Shown here piece by piece: positions 1 to 9,211 of a DNA stretch of 64,000 nt (its first letter is position 1; each line of letters starts with the position of its first letter). The notes below the pieces were generated by a model. That model was not told where the DNA came from and ran no database searches. It saw only the letters and a program-made list of their open reading frames with translations. Source of the stretch: Thecamonas trahens ATCC 50062. Taxonomy: Eukaryota > Protista > Apusomonadida. The stretch is from positions 310,001-374,000 of the forward strand of contig NW_013657669.1 in the NCBI RefSeq assembly GCF_000142905.1. Reading direction: 5' to 3'. Made by a program: the position numbers and the translations under genes.

Positions 1-3000
1 TGAAGCGCGAGCACAACCCCAACGCCTTCGACCACCTCTTCGATGTCAGGCTCTGAAAACTCGTCCTCGCGAGTGCGTGCTTCTGGCGCTTTCGGGACCT
101 GAAGCGTGAGAGTAAACCACGCCGGGAGCTCGGTCAACCGCGACCGTGGCGAAGCCAGTTGCGTCTCGCGAGTTGATTGCGAGCAGAGAGACGATGACGG
201 AAACGCCACCGTGCCTCCCACGTCTTTGGCAAGCCGGTAGCAGAGCTCACGAGACTGGAGGTATGCTGCCTTGGCCTGGTCTGGTGACACGGCCGTCAGA
301 TCAGCACCCGACACGTTGAGGTCATTGCTAGCCAAGCTCCGAGGCTGAATTGCCTCCTCGTCCAGGACAGGAGCCATCTCGGTCGGATCAAACGACTGCC
401 GCGACGAGTACCGTCCGACGGTGACAAGTAGCGGAATGGTGGCGCCAACCGGTGCTGACGGCGCTTTGGCTGGCCACCACAGAGAGTTATGTTCCGCCAG
501 CCGACTCTTGATGCCGTCGGCGATGTACACGTGAATGAGGATAGCTGCAGGGTGTGGCTCTTGTGCGCGATCGGCGACCATGTTGCACATGAGCGAAAAG
601 AGAACGCGAGTGTTGACAAGCGCTGGGTCGGGAATGCGAGGATCGACAAGAATGACAACCATGACGTCCTCGAGCGAATGGGTGAGTGCCACAGACGCCA
701 CCGCGTTGCTCAACATCGCGTTGAGCGACACCGGCGCAAGCTGCAGCGGTAGTCCGTCGGCGGCAGCTGTCAGCGATGCGGCCTCTGCTGACGATGATGC
801 CAGCGCCTCGCCATCGCCCGAAGGTGTCGCCAAAAAGTTGGTGAGGACTGAAACAAGCTGGTCGGAGCACGAGTGGAGAATGTCGATCCACCGCTGGCGA
901 GTCACCGAGCTTCCGACCGAGTGGCGCGAGAGAAGATGAGCGAGGCCAACAACCGAGTTGAGCGGGGTGCGGATCGAGTACGAGAGCTGCGCCAGGTACT
1001 CGCGGGCCACAAACTCGGCGTGCCGCGTTGCCGCCATTTGCCGCGTCGCCTCAGCAAGCTCGATCGATGGTTGCGAGACAACCGGGATCGCACCCAGTGG
1101 CGCGGTCTCGAGCGGGACTACCAGCGGCGCGACTGCAAGCCCGTCGCCGGTTCCGGTGCTTTCTGCTGCATCGGTGCTGCCGGGCATGTTGAGTAGGTCG
1201 TCAACGAGGACAATCGTGCCGGTGAACGTCTTGCTAACCTCATCATACCCACCCCACACTTCGACAGCGACGTAGGCAGAGTCGGCCTCGTCCTCGGCTC
1301 GGCGCTCGCTGTCACTCCCAGGTTCGTCGTCCGAGTCAAGCACCGAAGTCGACTCGGCGAGCATGACCATCGAATTGTCTTCGGTTTCGGTCGAGCGATC
1401 GTTGGCGTCGAGCTCGGGCCGTGACAGTTCGGAGGAAGTCTTCTGATTCTCTGACTTTGGCATGCGGAGCCGGGTGCGGAACTTAAAGACCGCTCTGTCG
1501 GTTTTTGAGCCACCAGAGTTGGTCGACATCGGCTTGTTTGTCGACGAACCCAGGACAGTCCCGTCAAAGTTGATGACCATGAGTGAGCCAAGCCGCGAGA
1601 CTTCGCGCCGGATGGTGCGGCGACCGCCATCGTTATCGGAGACTGAATCAATGAATTGCCGCAGTGCTTGCTCGAATGGCTGGCGGTCGGACTTGGGCAG
1701 GAACTGCAGCAAGTGGTTCAGTCGCTCCAGCTTGGACGTTGGATGCACGCCCGCAGTTTCGTCCGACATGGAGGCCACGGACGAGAACACATCCTGCAGC
1801 GAGTCAAAGACCAAAATCGAGTCGTCCTCTACCGACCACTCAAACATGCCAAGGCGGAGCGTCTTGACGAGCGAGTGCAGCTGCCGGTTGCCGTTGAGCG
1901 ACGGTGTGTCTGGCCAGGTAAGGACAACCACAATAGCGCCCGAGTCTGGGGAGACAAGCGTGCACTGAAGATGGACAGGGACCCACGTCGAGCCGATGCC
2001 ACTGTCGACAGCTTTGCGGACCCATGCCATGCCAGAGGCAGACGTGGCAATCGGACCAGAGAGCTTGGCCGCAAGCGCCTTCCACGCCAGCAGCCGCGAC
2101 GCTCGCGTTCCTAGCAGCTCTTCCCGCGTGTAGCCTGCAACTTCGGCTGCGGCGTCATTGACAAACTCAACAATGCCCTTGCGCGAAATGACTAGGACCG
2201 GATCACACGAGGCATGGAGGAGCGCTCGTCCGCTCAGCTTGAGCGGGTGCATCAGAGTCGACGACGAGAGCGAGCACGCGACGGCTGCCAGGCGCGGGGT
2301 GAGAAGCGAGAGGAGCAGCCCGTAGCCGCGCCCACTGGCCACGGGTCTGACGAGGGCGCACAGGACGGTCGCGCCGGTAGCCAGAACGACTGCAGCGGCG
2401 AGACTGACAAAAAACGCTAGGAGCGAGACCGGCGAAGAGAACCAGGCCATGTCTGCCATTGATGCAGCCTTCGTCAGTGCCACGCTCTCGTCCATAACAC
2501 GCTGGGCAGCGGTAAGCGAGGCGACGATAGATGCTGGGTCACCTTCTTTGGTGGCGACAAAGCCAGCCATGGCCAACAGCGAGTCAATCTCGTCTGCCCG
2601 TGGAAGCTGGCGGCATCGCGACGAGATAAGGGACCTAGCTTGCAGCAAGGCCGGCGCCGAGGCCGAGGCCGACGCCACGTGCTTGCCGCTCACACTCCAG
2701 CTGTGTGCGACTTGCACAATAGAGGCAGAGCAAGCGAGCGCGGTGTCGTAGCTCGACACCGCGTTTGGAAGTGCCGTTAATCGGGACGCAAGCTCGAGCG
2801 ACATGGCGAGGGCGGCAGCCGCCATGACAAAAGCAAGGAGGCCAAACCCGATGCGCTGAAGAGCGATGCGTCGCGAGCTTTCCTGAACGGCAGGCGGCTC
2901 CTGGGTGTTGAGAGAGAACTTGCCGCGCGAGCCTTGCATGCTAGCAAACGGTTGCGGAGTCGCAGCGACGTTTGAGCGGCCGCTGCGTCGGCTGGACTCC

Positions 3001-5459
3001 ATTGGGCTCATATCGTCGAGTGACACCAGCGTCACCGACGCGAGAGAGAGCATGCCATCACGAAAGAGAGCAAGGACAGCGGCAAGTTCGGCAGCACGCT
3101 TCGAGTAGGCCGATGCGAGCATGCCCCAGAACGAGGTCGGGGCATGGTAGACTGACTGATCCAGCAGGGTCCGAGCCTGGGCCACTGACGAGAGGACCGG
3201 AAGAACAGCTCCTCGCCAGAGCAGAAGAAGGCAAAGTGCCGCGAGGAGGAGCAAGGCGCTGCACGCAAAGCGAAGCCAGCCGTTGAGCTCAGCAAGCTGG
3301 ATCATGACGCTGCTTGGGTCGTGAGCGGACGATGCCAGACCGCCGATTTCCGCCGAGCACTTTGCCGAGAACGCGGCGTTGCCGCCGGCCTTGAACAGCT
3401 TTCGTGCGAGCGGGTGCTTGAGCCAGAATGCCGTCAAGACAGCATCGGGAAGGGTGCGAGTTGTAGCAAGCATGAGCCGCGGCGAGAGGCCCGAGGTCAG
3501 CACGGCAGTATGGTTGGCAAGGAGCGCATCGAGCGCTGCCGGGCAGTTTCGAGACGAGTGCGAGGCGTGTACAAGCGAGGCGCGGACACCCCATGCGGCT
3601 TCGCGAGCTGCGACAAGCGCGCTGACCGACGACGAGTAGCCAACAACCGCCATAAAGCCGGCGAGGACGACGAGTCCGAGGCAGGCGAGCGGGATCAAGC
3701 TCCGGCAGAGAAGTGTGTGGAGCGAGTACGAAGCAAGCTCGCGCCGCAAGCTTACAAAAACAGGGAGGGATGTGTTGCTTCCGTGGTGGTCGAGGACGGG
3801 AGGCGGCGAGGAGCGCCGAGCGCCCGAACCAGGGGCCGATGTGTCGTCGACAGGATCACAGTTCTCGACAATGGACCGGGTGTCGATCCAAGCTGAGGCT
3901 GCGCACCGGATCTGAGCCGCCGGTGAGTTGCGGAGCGACGATCGCGTGGCAGCATGGGCAACGGTGAGCGGAGAGAAGAACGGGCCAAGGCGGGCTTCGG
4001 CGAGCGCAGCGAGTGCATCGACAGGTGGTGCAGCTGAGATCGATGCGTCGATTGTGGAGGCGAGAGCTGCGCAGGTGTCGAGCGCAGTGATGTGGAGCGA
4101 GGCGAGGTCATCGACAGCGCCACGAACAACGGACGAGTCGGAGACGTGCTTGAGGCAGCCGCGACCGTAGACAGCAATGGCAGCCGCAGCCGGAGACGTG
4201 AGCTTGATGTTGTCCAGCGAGGCGAGGAGGGCGACAAGAACTTTTGGTGGAAGAATTGCACCAGAGACGTTGGCGATGAGGAGCTGGAGCGCGATAGCAG
4301 ACGATGATGGCCATTGCGCCCATGCCAGAGCAAGAACGTCGGCGACTCTTGTGGCGTCTCCAGTTGCACGGTGGAGCTCGGCGGCCGCGGCTGCAAAGGC
4401 GTGCGGTGACGAGCCACAAACAAAGGCGGTGCATGCGGCGCGGAGCTTCATCAGAAGCGGCGACGGCCGGCGGTATTCGGCGACTTGCGAGAGCGAGGCG
4501 AGAGCGCTCCACATGTCGAGCCGCGAGCCGGTCTCCAGCACGTCGGCAAGCTCCCAGTCAACCAGACCAGACGCAAGTCTCGCACGCAGCTTCGCAAGCC
4601 TCGCGTTGACGTTGAGGACGAGGACGACAGCAGCGGCGGCGGCGAGACCATTGAGGAAAGTCTTGATGGCGGCGAGTGCCGAGCGGTCAAAAGAGTCGGC
4701 CGCGAGCGACGAGCCGTGGAGGATGACGACAAAAACTGCAAGGGCGGCGGCAACAGAGTTGGCGGCCCGGGCGTGGGGGTGCGAGAACCAGCGGCGAGCG
4801 AGCGAGACAACCATGACAGCACATGAAAAAGCACCAACTACTGCCACAAACAGTTTGCATGACCGGCTGATGGGCTCGACAGCCGCGGCACAGCCAAGCG
4901 CGATTCCCGACGAGATCGATGTGGCCAGCAGCACGTACAGCATGTCCGTCGGCAGAAGCCATGCGCCGACGACCGAGCTTGCGGCTTGCGGAACAAAGAG
5001 GGCGAGACGATGCGCCAGGAGGAGGATGACAGCGAGGACGATGGCCAATGCTGACGCCACCATATCAATGAGCGTGCACATGGGCGAAGCAGCTGCATAG
5101 CCGAGCATGCCCGATGCCGGGAGGAGAAGCAGTGCTGCCGGGACGTCGAGACCGCGGAGCCAAAGAGGGAGGACCGTCGCTGGCGAGGCGGCGACAGGCG
5201 CGGTGGCAGCACGAGCAAGAGCAAAGACGCAGAGGCCAAGCATGATCACACCTGCCGGCGGGATGCACGGGAGCAAGGCGGTAGCAGTGCTGGCGAGGAT
5301 TGACTGCGGAAGCCAGGTGACCAGCGGGACGACGGCGAGTGTCGCCAGAAGGAACAGCGCCGCTACGCCGGGTGCCAGCCGAAGGAGCAGCGGCTGTATG
5401 GCGACCCATACAGTGACCAGCGACTCTGTCATGCGTTCGCGTGACAAAAGCCACACCAT
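1..5459 (-). CDS. Large multi-TM PAS-domain sensor with degenerate histidine-kinase (HisKA + HATPase-like) core; 3' end runs off the window
   Basis: Not in the ORF track because there is no stop in the window. Manual translation from ATG 5459 (or 5432) shows many hydrophobic segments. It has a PAS motif DPVLVISRKGIVEFVNDAAAEVAGYTREELLG (~2110-2205), an H-box-like EYLAQLSYSIRTPLNSVVGLAHLL (~930-1000), an N-box-like VDPRIPDPALVNTRVLFSLMCNMVAD (~570-650) and a G2-region-like LCYRLAKDVGGTV...WFTLTL (~105-250). Frame checked: codons at 5430, 978 and 3 are in the same frame. Confidence 0.8.
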   Translation of the reverse strand, partial: MVWLLSRERMTESLVTVWVAIQPLLLRLAPGVAALFLLATLAVVPLVTWLPQSILASTATALLPCIPPAGVIMLGLCVFALARAATAPVAASPATVLPLWLRGLDVPAALLLLPASGMLGYAAASPMCTLIDMVASALAIVLAVILLLAHRLALFVPQAASSVVGAWLLPTDMLYVLLATSISSGIALGCAAAVEPISRSCKLFVAVVGAFSCAVMVVSLARRWFSHPHARAANSVAAALAVFVVILHGSSLAADSFDRSALAAIKTFLNGLAAAAAVVLVLNVNARLAKLRARLASGLVDWELADVLETGSRLDMWSALASLSQVAEYRRPSPLLMKLRAACTAFVCGSSPHAFAAAAAELHRATGDATRVADVLALAWAQWPSSSAIALQLLIANVSGAILPPKVLVALLASLDNIKLTSPAAAAIAVYGRGCLKHVSDSSVVRGAVDDLASLHITALDTCAALASTIDASISAAPPVDALAALAEARLGPFFSPLTVAHAATRSSLRNSPAAQIRCAASAWIDTRSIVENCDPVDDTSAPGSGARRSSPPPVLDHHGSNTSLPVFVSLRRELASYSLHTLLCRSLIPLACLGLVVLAGFMAVVGYSSSVSALVAAREAAWGVRASLVHASHSSRNCPAALDALLANHTAVLTSGLSPRLMLATTRTLPDAVLTAFWLKHPLARKLFKAGGNAAFSAKCSAEIGGLASSAHDPSSVMIQLAELNGWLRFACSALLLLAALCLLLLWRGAVLPVLSSVAQARTLLDQSVYHAPTSFWGMLASAYSKRAAELAAVLALFRDGMLSLASVTLVSLDDMSPMESSRRSGRSNVAATPQPFASMQGSRGKFSLNTQEPPAVQESSRRIALQRIGFGLLAFVMAAAALAMSLELASRLTALPNAVSSYDTALACSASIVQVAHSWSVSGKHVASASASAPALLQARSLISSRCRQLPRADEIDSLLAMAGFVATKEGDPASIVASLTAAQRVMDESVALTKAASMADMAWFSSPVSLLAFFVSLAAAVVLATGATVLCALVRPVASGRGYGLLLSLLTPRLAAVACSLSSSTLMHPLKLSGRALLHASCDPVLVISRKGIVEFVNDAAAEVAGYTREELLGTRASRLLAWKALAAKLSGPIATSASGMAWVRKAVDSGIGSTWVPVHLQCTLVSPDSGAIVVVLTWPDTPSLNGNRQLHSLVKTLRLGMFEWSVEDDSILVFDSLQDVFSSVASMSDETAGVHPTSKLERLNHLLQFLPKSDRQPFEQALRQFIDSVSDNDGGRRTIRREVSRLGSLMVINFDGTVLGSSTNKPMSTNSGGSKTDRAVFKFRTRLRMPKSENQKTSSELSRPELDANDRSTETEDNSMVMLAESTSVLDSDDEPGSDSERRAEDEADSAYVAVEVWGGYDEVSKTFTGTIVLVDDLLNMPGSTDAAESTGTGDGLAVAPLVVPLETAPLGAIPVVSQPSIELAEATRQMAATRHAEFVAREYLAQLSYSIRTPLNSVVGLAHLLSRHSVGSSVTRQRWIDILHSCSDQLVSVLTNFLATPSGDGEALASSSAEAASLTAAADGLPLQLAPVSLNAMLSNAVASVALTHSLEDVMVVILVDPRIPDPALVNTRVLFSLMCNMVADRAQEPHPAAILIHVYIADGIKSRLAEHNSLWWPAKAPSAPVGATIPLLVTVGRYSSRQSFDPTEMAPVLDEEAIQPRSLASNDLNVSGADLTAVSPDQAKAAYLQSRELCYRLAKDVGGTVAFPSSSLCSQSTRETQLASPRSRLTELPAWFTLTLQVPKAPEARTREDEFSEPDIEEVVEGVGVVLAL

Positions 5460-5610
5460 TCGTGTGATGTGTGGTATACGGGAAGGGGGGGGGGGGGGTT
5501 AGGTGGGGCGGTGTTTGTGTTGTTGTTGGGGCTATTTGCGGGTTGGGCTGCCTTTGACCAAACCAGTCACGATTTGACGGGTGTGGCAAATGGAGAGCAA
5601 AGCGGCGAAG

Positions 5611-5664
5611 GGGTGGCCGGCGGCCGGAGGTGACGGGTGGCCGGCGGCCGGAGGTGACGGGTGG
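5611..5664. repeat. 24-bp direct tandem repeat GGGTGGCCGGCGGCCGGAGGTGAC x2 (+ partial) in a divergent promoter region
   Basis: Read directly: units at 5611-5634 and 5635-5658, followed by GGGTGG. Confidence 0.9.
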
Positions 5665-5916
5665 TAGGTACGGGTGAGGATATTGGGGCGGGGGCTGCGT
5701 TTGGCTCAGCCCAAGCCCTCAAGCCATATCCCTGCCAACACGCCCACACAGCGACTACACCACTCTGTTCCATACACGCGTACGGAAAAGCGTGTGTACA
5801 CGGGCATTACGTACACGCACACAGACAAACGCCTCGAGTACAACCGTATGGGTGGCGGACAGCGAGGTGCTGGGCAGCCAAGTACGAGTGGCGCAGTGGG
5901 CAAGGAGTGGACGGAG

Positions 5917-7155
5917 ATGGCGGGCAACGCAGAGAGCAAGGAGATCAAGGATGGTGAGAGCAGGTGCAGATCTTGGCGGGCATGGGCGCAGGAGGCCATT
6001 GAGGCAGACTTTGGACGGGTGGCGGCGTTCCAGCGGGCGTGCGGGGTGGGCGCTGACGGCGAGCGCGGCTACCTTCTCCTGCATCTGATCTTCACCGCCG
6101 GCGCTGCGCTCGGCAACGAGCTCTTCTACATTGTGTTTCTCCCGTTCCTGTTCTGGGCTGGCGCGCCGCTGGCCGGACGACGCGTGATGGTCCTCTGGGG
6201 CGTCTCGGGATACATCGGGCAGCTGCTGAAGGACATTGCGCGGCTGCCACGGCCTAGTGCGCCAGCGGTCCGCCTCGAGCATCACTACGCCAACACCGAG
6301 TACGGCATGCCGTCAACTCACGCTATGTTTGCCTTTTCGCTCCCACTTGCGCTCGCCGGCCTCATCAGCACTCACCACCCGCACGTCGGGCTCTCGGACG
6401 AGACGCTGTGGGCCATCGCGGGAACGTGGGCAGTAGCGATGACGCTCTCGCGGTTGTACATGGGCGTCCACTCAACGTATGATGTGGTGGCCGGCATTGG
6501 GCTCGGGCTTGGCTTCTACGCCGCCTTTGCGTACTCGTCGCTTGGTGCCACCATCGACGACTACGTGGTCTCGCACGCGCCGATGTCGCTGCCGTCGGCG
6601 GGCGCGATGGCAAGCTCCCTCGCGGCCCACGGCTGGCACCACCCGGCGGCTGCTGTCGTTGTCGTCAGCGTGGTGGCCACCGCTGCTGTGCCTTATCTCA
6701 ACGGGCACGCCGAGTGGACATCGACGTACGCCGATACCGTGACGATTCTCGGCGCGGTCAATGGGGCGCACCTTGGCTCGGCGCTGTACAACGCAGAGCG
6801 CGACGCTGCGCGCGCGCTCACCTTTGGTTGCCCCGGTGCAGGATGCTCTGGTGTGGTGCAGAGTGCGCAAGCCGCCGGCATCCCGGTGGGTCCGGGCCTC
6901 ACCGCGCTCGGCCTCCTAGCCCGTACGCTTGTTGGATTTGCAGTCCTTGCGGTAACGCGCGAAGTGGCCAAGGCCGTCAGCCTCCCGCTCTGCTTGGCGA
7001 TCGGCCGGAGGGCCGGCGTCGTCCCGCGCACCGGCTGTCCTTCGCTTGCCAAGGCTTACGCCGTCGACACCCCAGCGCGGCTGTTCACCTACACGGCGGT
7101 GGGATGCATGGCGGTTGCCGGCGTACCCCACCTGTTCGCTCATCTAGGCTTGTAG
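5917..7155 (+). CDS. SGPP1: PAP2-superfamily sphingosine-1-phosphate phosphatase-like membrane protein
   Basis: PAP2 motifs KDIARLPRP, YGMPSTH and SRLYMGVHS; LGNELFYIVFLPFLFW and STYADTVTILG are typical of SGPP. The start could also be ATG 5848. Confidence 0.85.
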   Translation: MAGNAESKEIKDGESRCRSWRAWAQEAIEADFGRVAAFQRACGVGADGERGYLLLHLIFTAGAALGNELFYIVFLPFLFWAGAPLAGRRVMVLWGVSGYIGQLLKDIARLPRPSAPAVRLEHHYANTEYGMPSTHAMFAFSLPLALAGLISTHHPHVGLSDETLWAIAGTWAVAMTLSRLYMGVHSTYDVVAGIGLGLGFYAAFAYSSLGATIDDYVVSHAPMSLPSAGAMASSLAAHGWHHPAAAVVVVSVVATAAVPYLNGHAEWTSTYADTVTILGAVNGAHLGSALYNAERDAARALTFGCPGAGCSGVVQSAQAAGIPVGPGLTALGLLARTLVGFAVLAVTREVAKAVSLPLCLAIGRRAGVVPRTGCPSLAKAYAVDTPARLFTYTAVGCMAVAGVPHLFAHLGL

Positions 7156-7282
7156 CGGAATGTTACTGTCGCCGCACAGGAGAGGCTTCTACGCGAAGAA
7201 GCCTGTATGGAGGGGAGGGGAAAGAGAAAGAGAAAGGTCGAGAGCGAGCGCGCGCGCATCGCGCATCAAAGCAGCTTTGCCA

Positions 7283-8756
7283 CTACCATGTGGCGTCGTC
7301 AGCCGACTTCATGTCCCGGTTGTGGGCGCCGATCTCGGGGTGGAAGTACAGCATCTCGTTGTAGATGAGAGCGCGGAGGTCGTCCTCGGTAAGGTCGGCC
7401 TCAACATAGGGCAGCTCAAACTCGGCCGGCGCAGTCGGCTCGACAATGGCCGAGTGGAGGGCGGCGAGGTACGGATGTGAGAGGGCCTCCTCGGCGGTGA
7501 GGCGGTCGGCCGGGTTTGAGGTGAGCAGCTTGGAGAGGAGGTCCTCGGCGAGCGGGTCGAGGCCGGGCAGGATCTCGGAGAACGGGACCGGGTCGTAGCG
7601 CGGCTCGGAGAGCATGTGCTCGCGGGCCATGTCGTTGGTGATGCTCATGATCTCGTCCATCGAGGGCGTGCCGATGATGCGGTAAATGAGCGAGAGCTGG
7701 TGGACGTGGTCCTTGCCCGGGAATAGGGCCTTGCGGCCGATGAGCTCGGCAAAGATGCAGCCGACCGACCACATGTCGACGGCCTTGGTGTATGCGCCGC
7801 GCTCAAAGATGACCTCAGGCGCGCGGTACCACCGCGTGCACACGTACTCGGTGTAGTCGCCGTTGTCCTGCGCAAACGAGTGGTGCGAGGTATCCAGCCG
7901 TGAGAGCCCAAAGTCGCACACCTTGAGATTGCACCGCGAGTCAAGAAGGATGTTGGCCGGCTTGAGATCGCGGTGAATGACGCCTGCAGAGTGCATAAAC
8001 TTAATGGCGCGGAGGAGCTGGTACAGAAAGTACTGGTAGTGCTCGTTAGAGAGAACCTGGTCCGACTTGATCACTTTGCGCATGTCCGTCTCCATCAGCG
8101 ACATCACAATGTACAGATCGTCAAAGTCCTCATCTAGCGGCATCACGTCCAGAATCTCCACAATGTTGTTGTTCTTATGCTTGAGGAACTTGAGCAGCTG
8201 GATCTCGCGCAGGGCACGCTTCGCGTCGAGCATGTTGGCAAACACGTCCTGAATTTTCTTCACGGCAATCTCCTCATGCTCGCCATCCTTGTTCTCGGTG
8301 TCCACGCCACGGCTACCGAGCCCCCACCGCATCATTCTCAGTCTGTGAGCTACCAGCCTCTCCATCCTCCTCTGACGCACCTTTCTGCTTTGTCCTCACG
8401 TCCCTGCTCCTTCTCTTCGCCCGCTCCCGCTCTCCCGCATTTCCGCCGAATGACGTTTGGCAAACGAGCGAACAAACAAACCAACAAACGAACAACAAAC
8501 ACCATTGGCGAGCGAAGAGGCCGAAAAGCAGTCACGCGCAGCGGCTCCACCACCACCGCCGCCCCTACTCAGCAAGCAGGGTTTACCTCCGAGGCAGGGG
8601 GGGAGGGGGGGGGGGGGGGGGGGGGGGGCGACAGCTTCAACTAACGTACCAAATAGTGCCGTAGGCCCCTGTGCCGATGAGATGCTCCAGCTGGTACCGG
8701 GGTGAGACCTCAAACTGAATCGAACAGACCTCAAACACGACCTTGTCTGACGCCAT
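7283..8756 (-). CDS. MAP kinase, TEY activation loop (ERK-like); 2 exons: 8650-8756 and 7283-8312
   Basis: Exon 1 gives MASDKVVFEVCSIQFEVSPRYQLEHLIGTGAYGTI (Gly loop). The intron 8313-8649 runs GTACGT...TAG and joins TG|C into Cys. Exon 2 has IAVKKI, HRDLKPANIL, DFG and TEYVCTRWYRAPE. The spliced product is 378 aa. Confidence 0.93.
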
Positions 8757-8910
8757 GTCGGGTGTCAGACTCACCCAGGAGTGGAGAGAAATGGCGCTCT
8801 TCGGGGAGCACCCACGCTGCTCGCGAACCTGTCACAAGCAAGAACACTGTATTTTTTCTGGGGGAGGGGGGGGCGGGGGGGGGGGGGAGGGGAGGTAAAG
8901 TTTAGGTCCG

Positions 8911-9010
8911 NNNNNNNNNNNNNNNNNNNNNNNNNNNNNNNNNNNNNNNNNNNNNNNNNNNNNNNNNNNNNNNNNNNNNNNNNNNNNNNNNNNNNNNNNN
9001 NNNNNNNNNN
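8911..9010. other. Assembly gap (N run)
   Basis: 100 N flanked by G-rich and C-rich tracts. Confidence 1.
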
Positions 9011-9125
9011 AGGTAAAATTTTGGCCAACTCCGCCCGCACCCCCCCCCCTCCCTTTCCTCTTCCCTTGCCGCGCCACCGCTCGCACCGCATTGACTCGTA
9101 CTCTCGCTCTCGCTCGCCACGACTC

Positions 9126-9211
9126 CACCCCCCCCACGCACACACACACACCTCCTCTACACCAGCACCACCACCACACACACACACACACACATACATA
9201 CATACATACAT
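9126..9211 (+). repeat. (CA)n/(CAC)n/(CATA)n microsatellite leader directly before ATG 9212
   Basis: Read directly from the sequence. Confidence 0.9.

Noticed and set aside
296-5600. Many short or medium ORFs in the track (e.g. 4177-5100 +)
   Set aside because: They are antisense or off-frame shadows of the single long minus-strand sensor gene.
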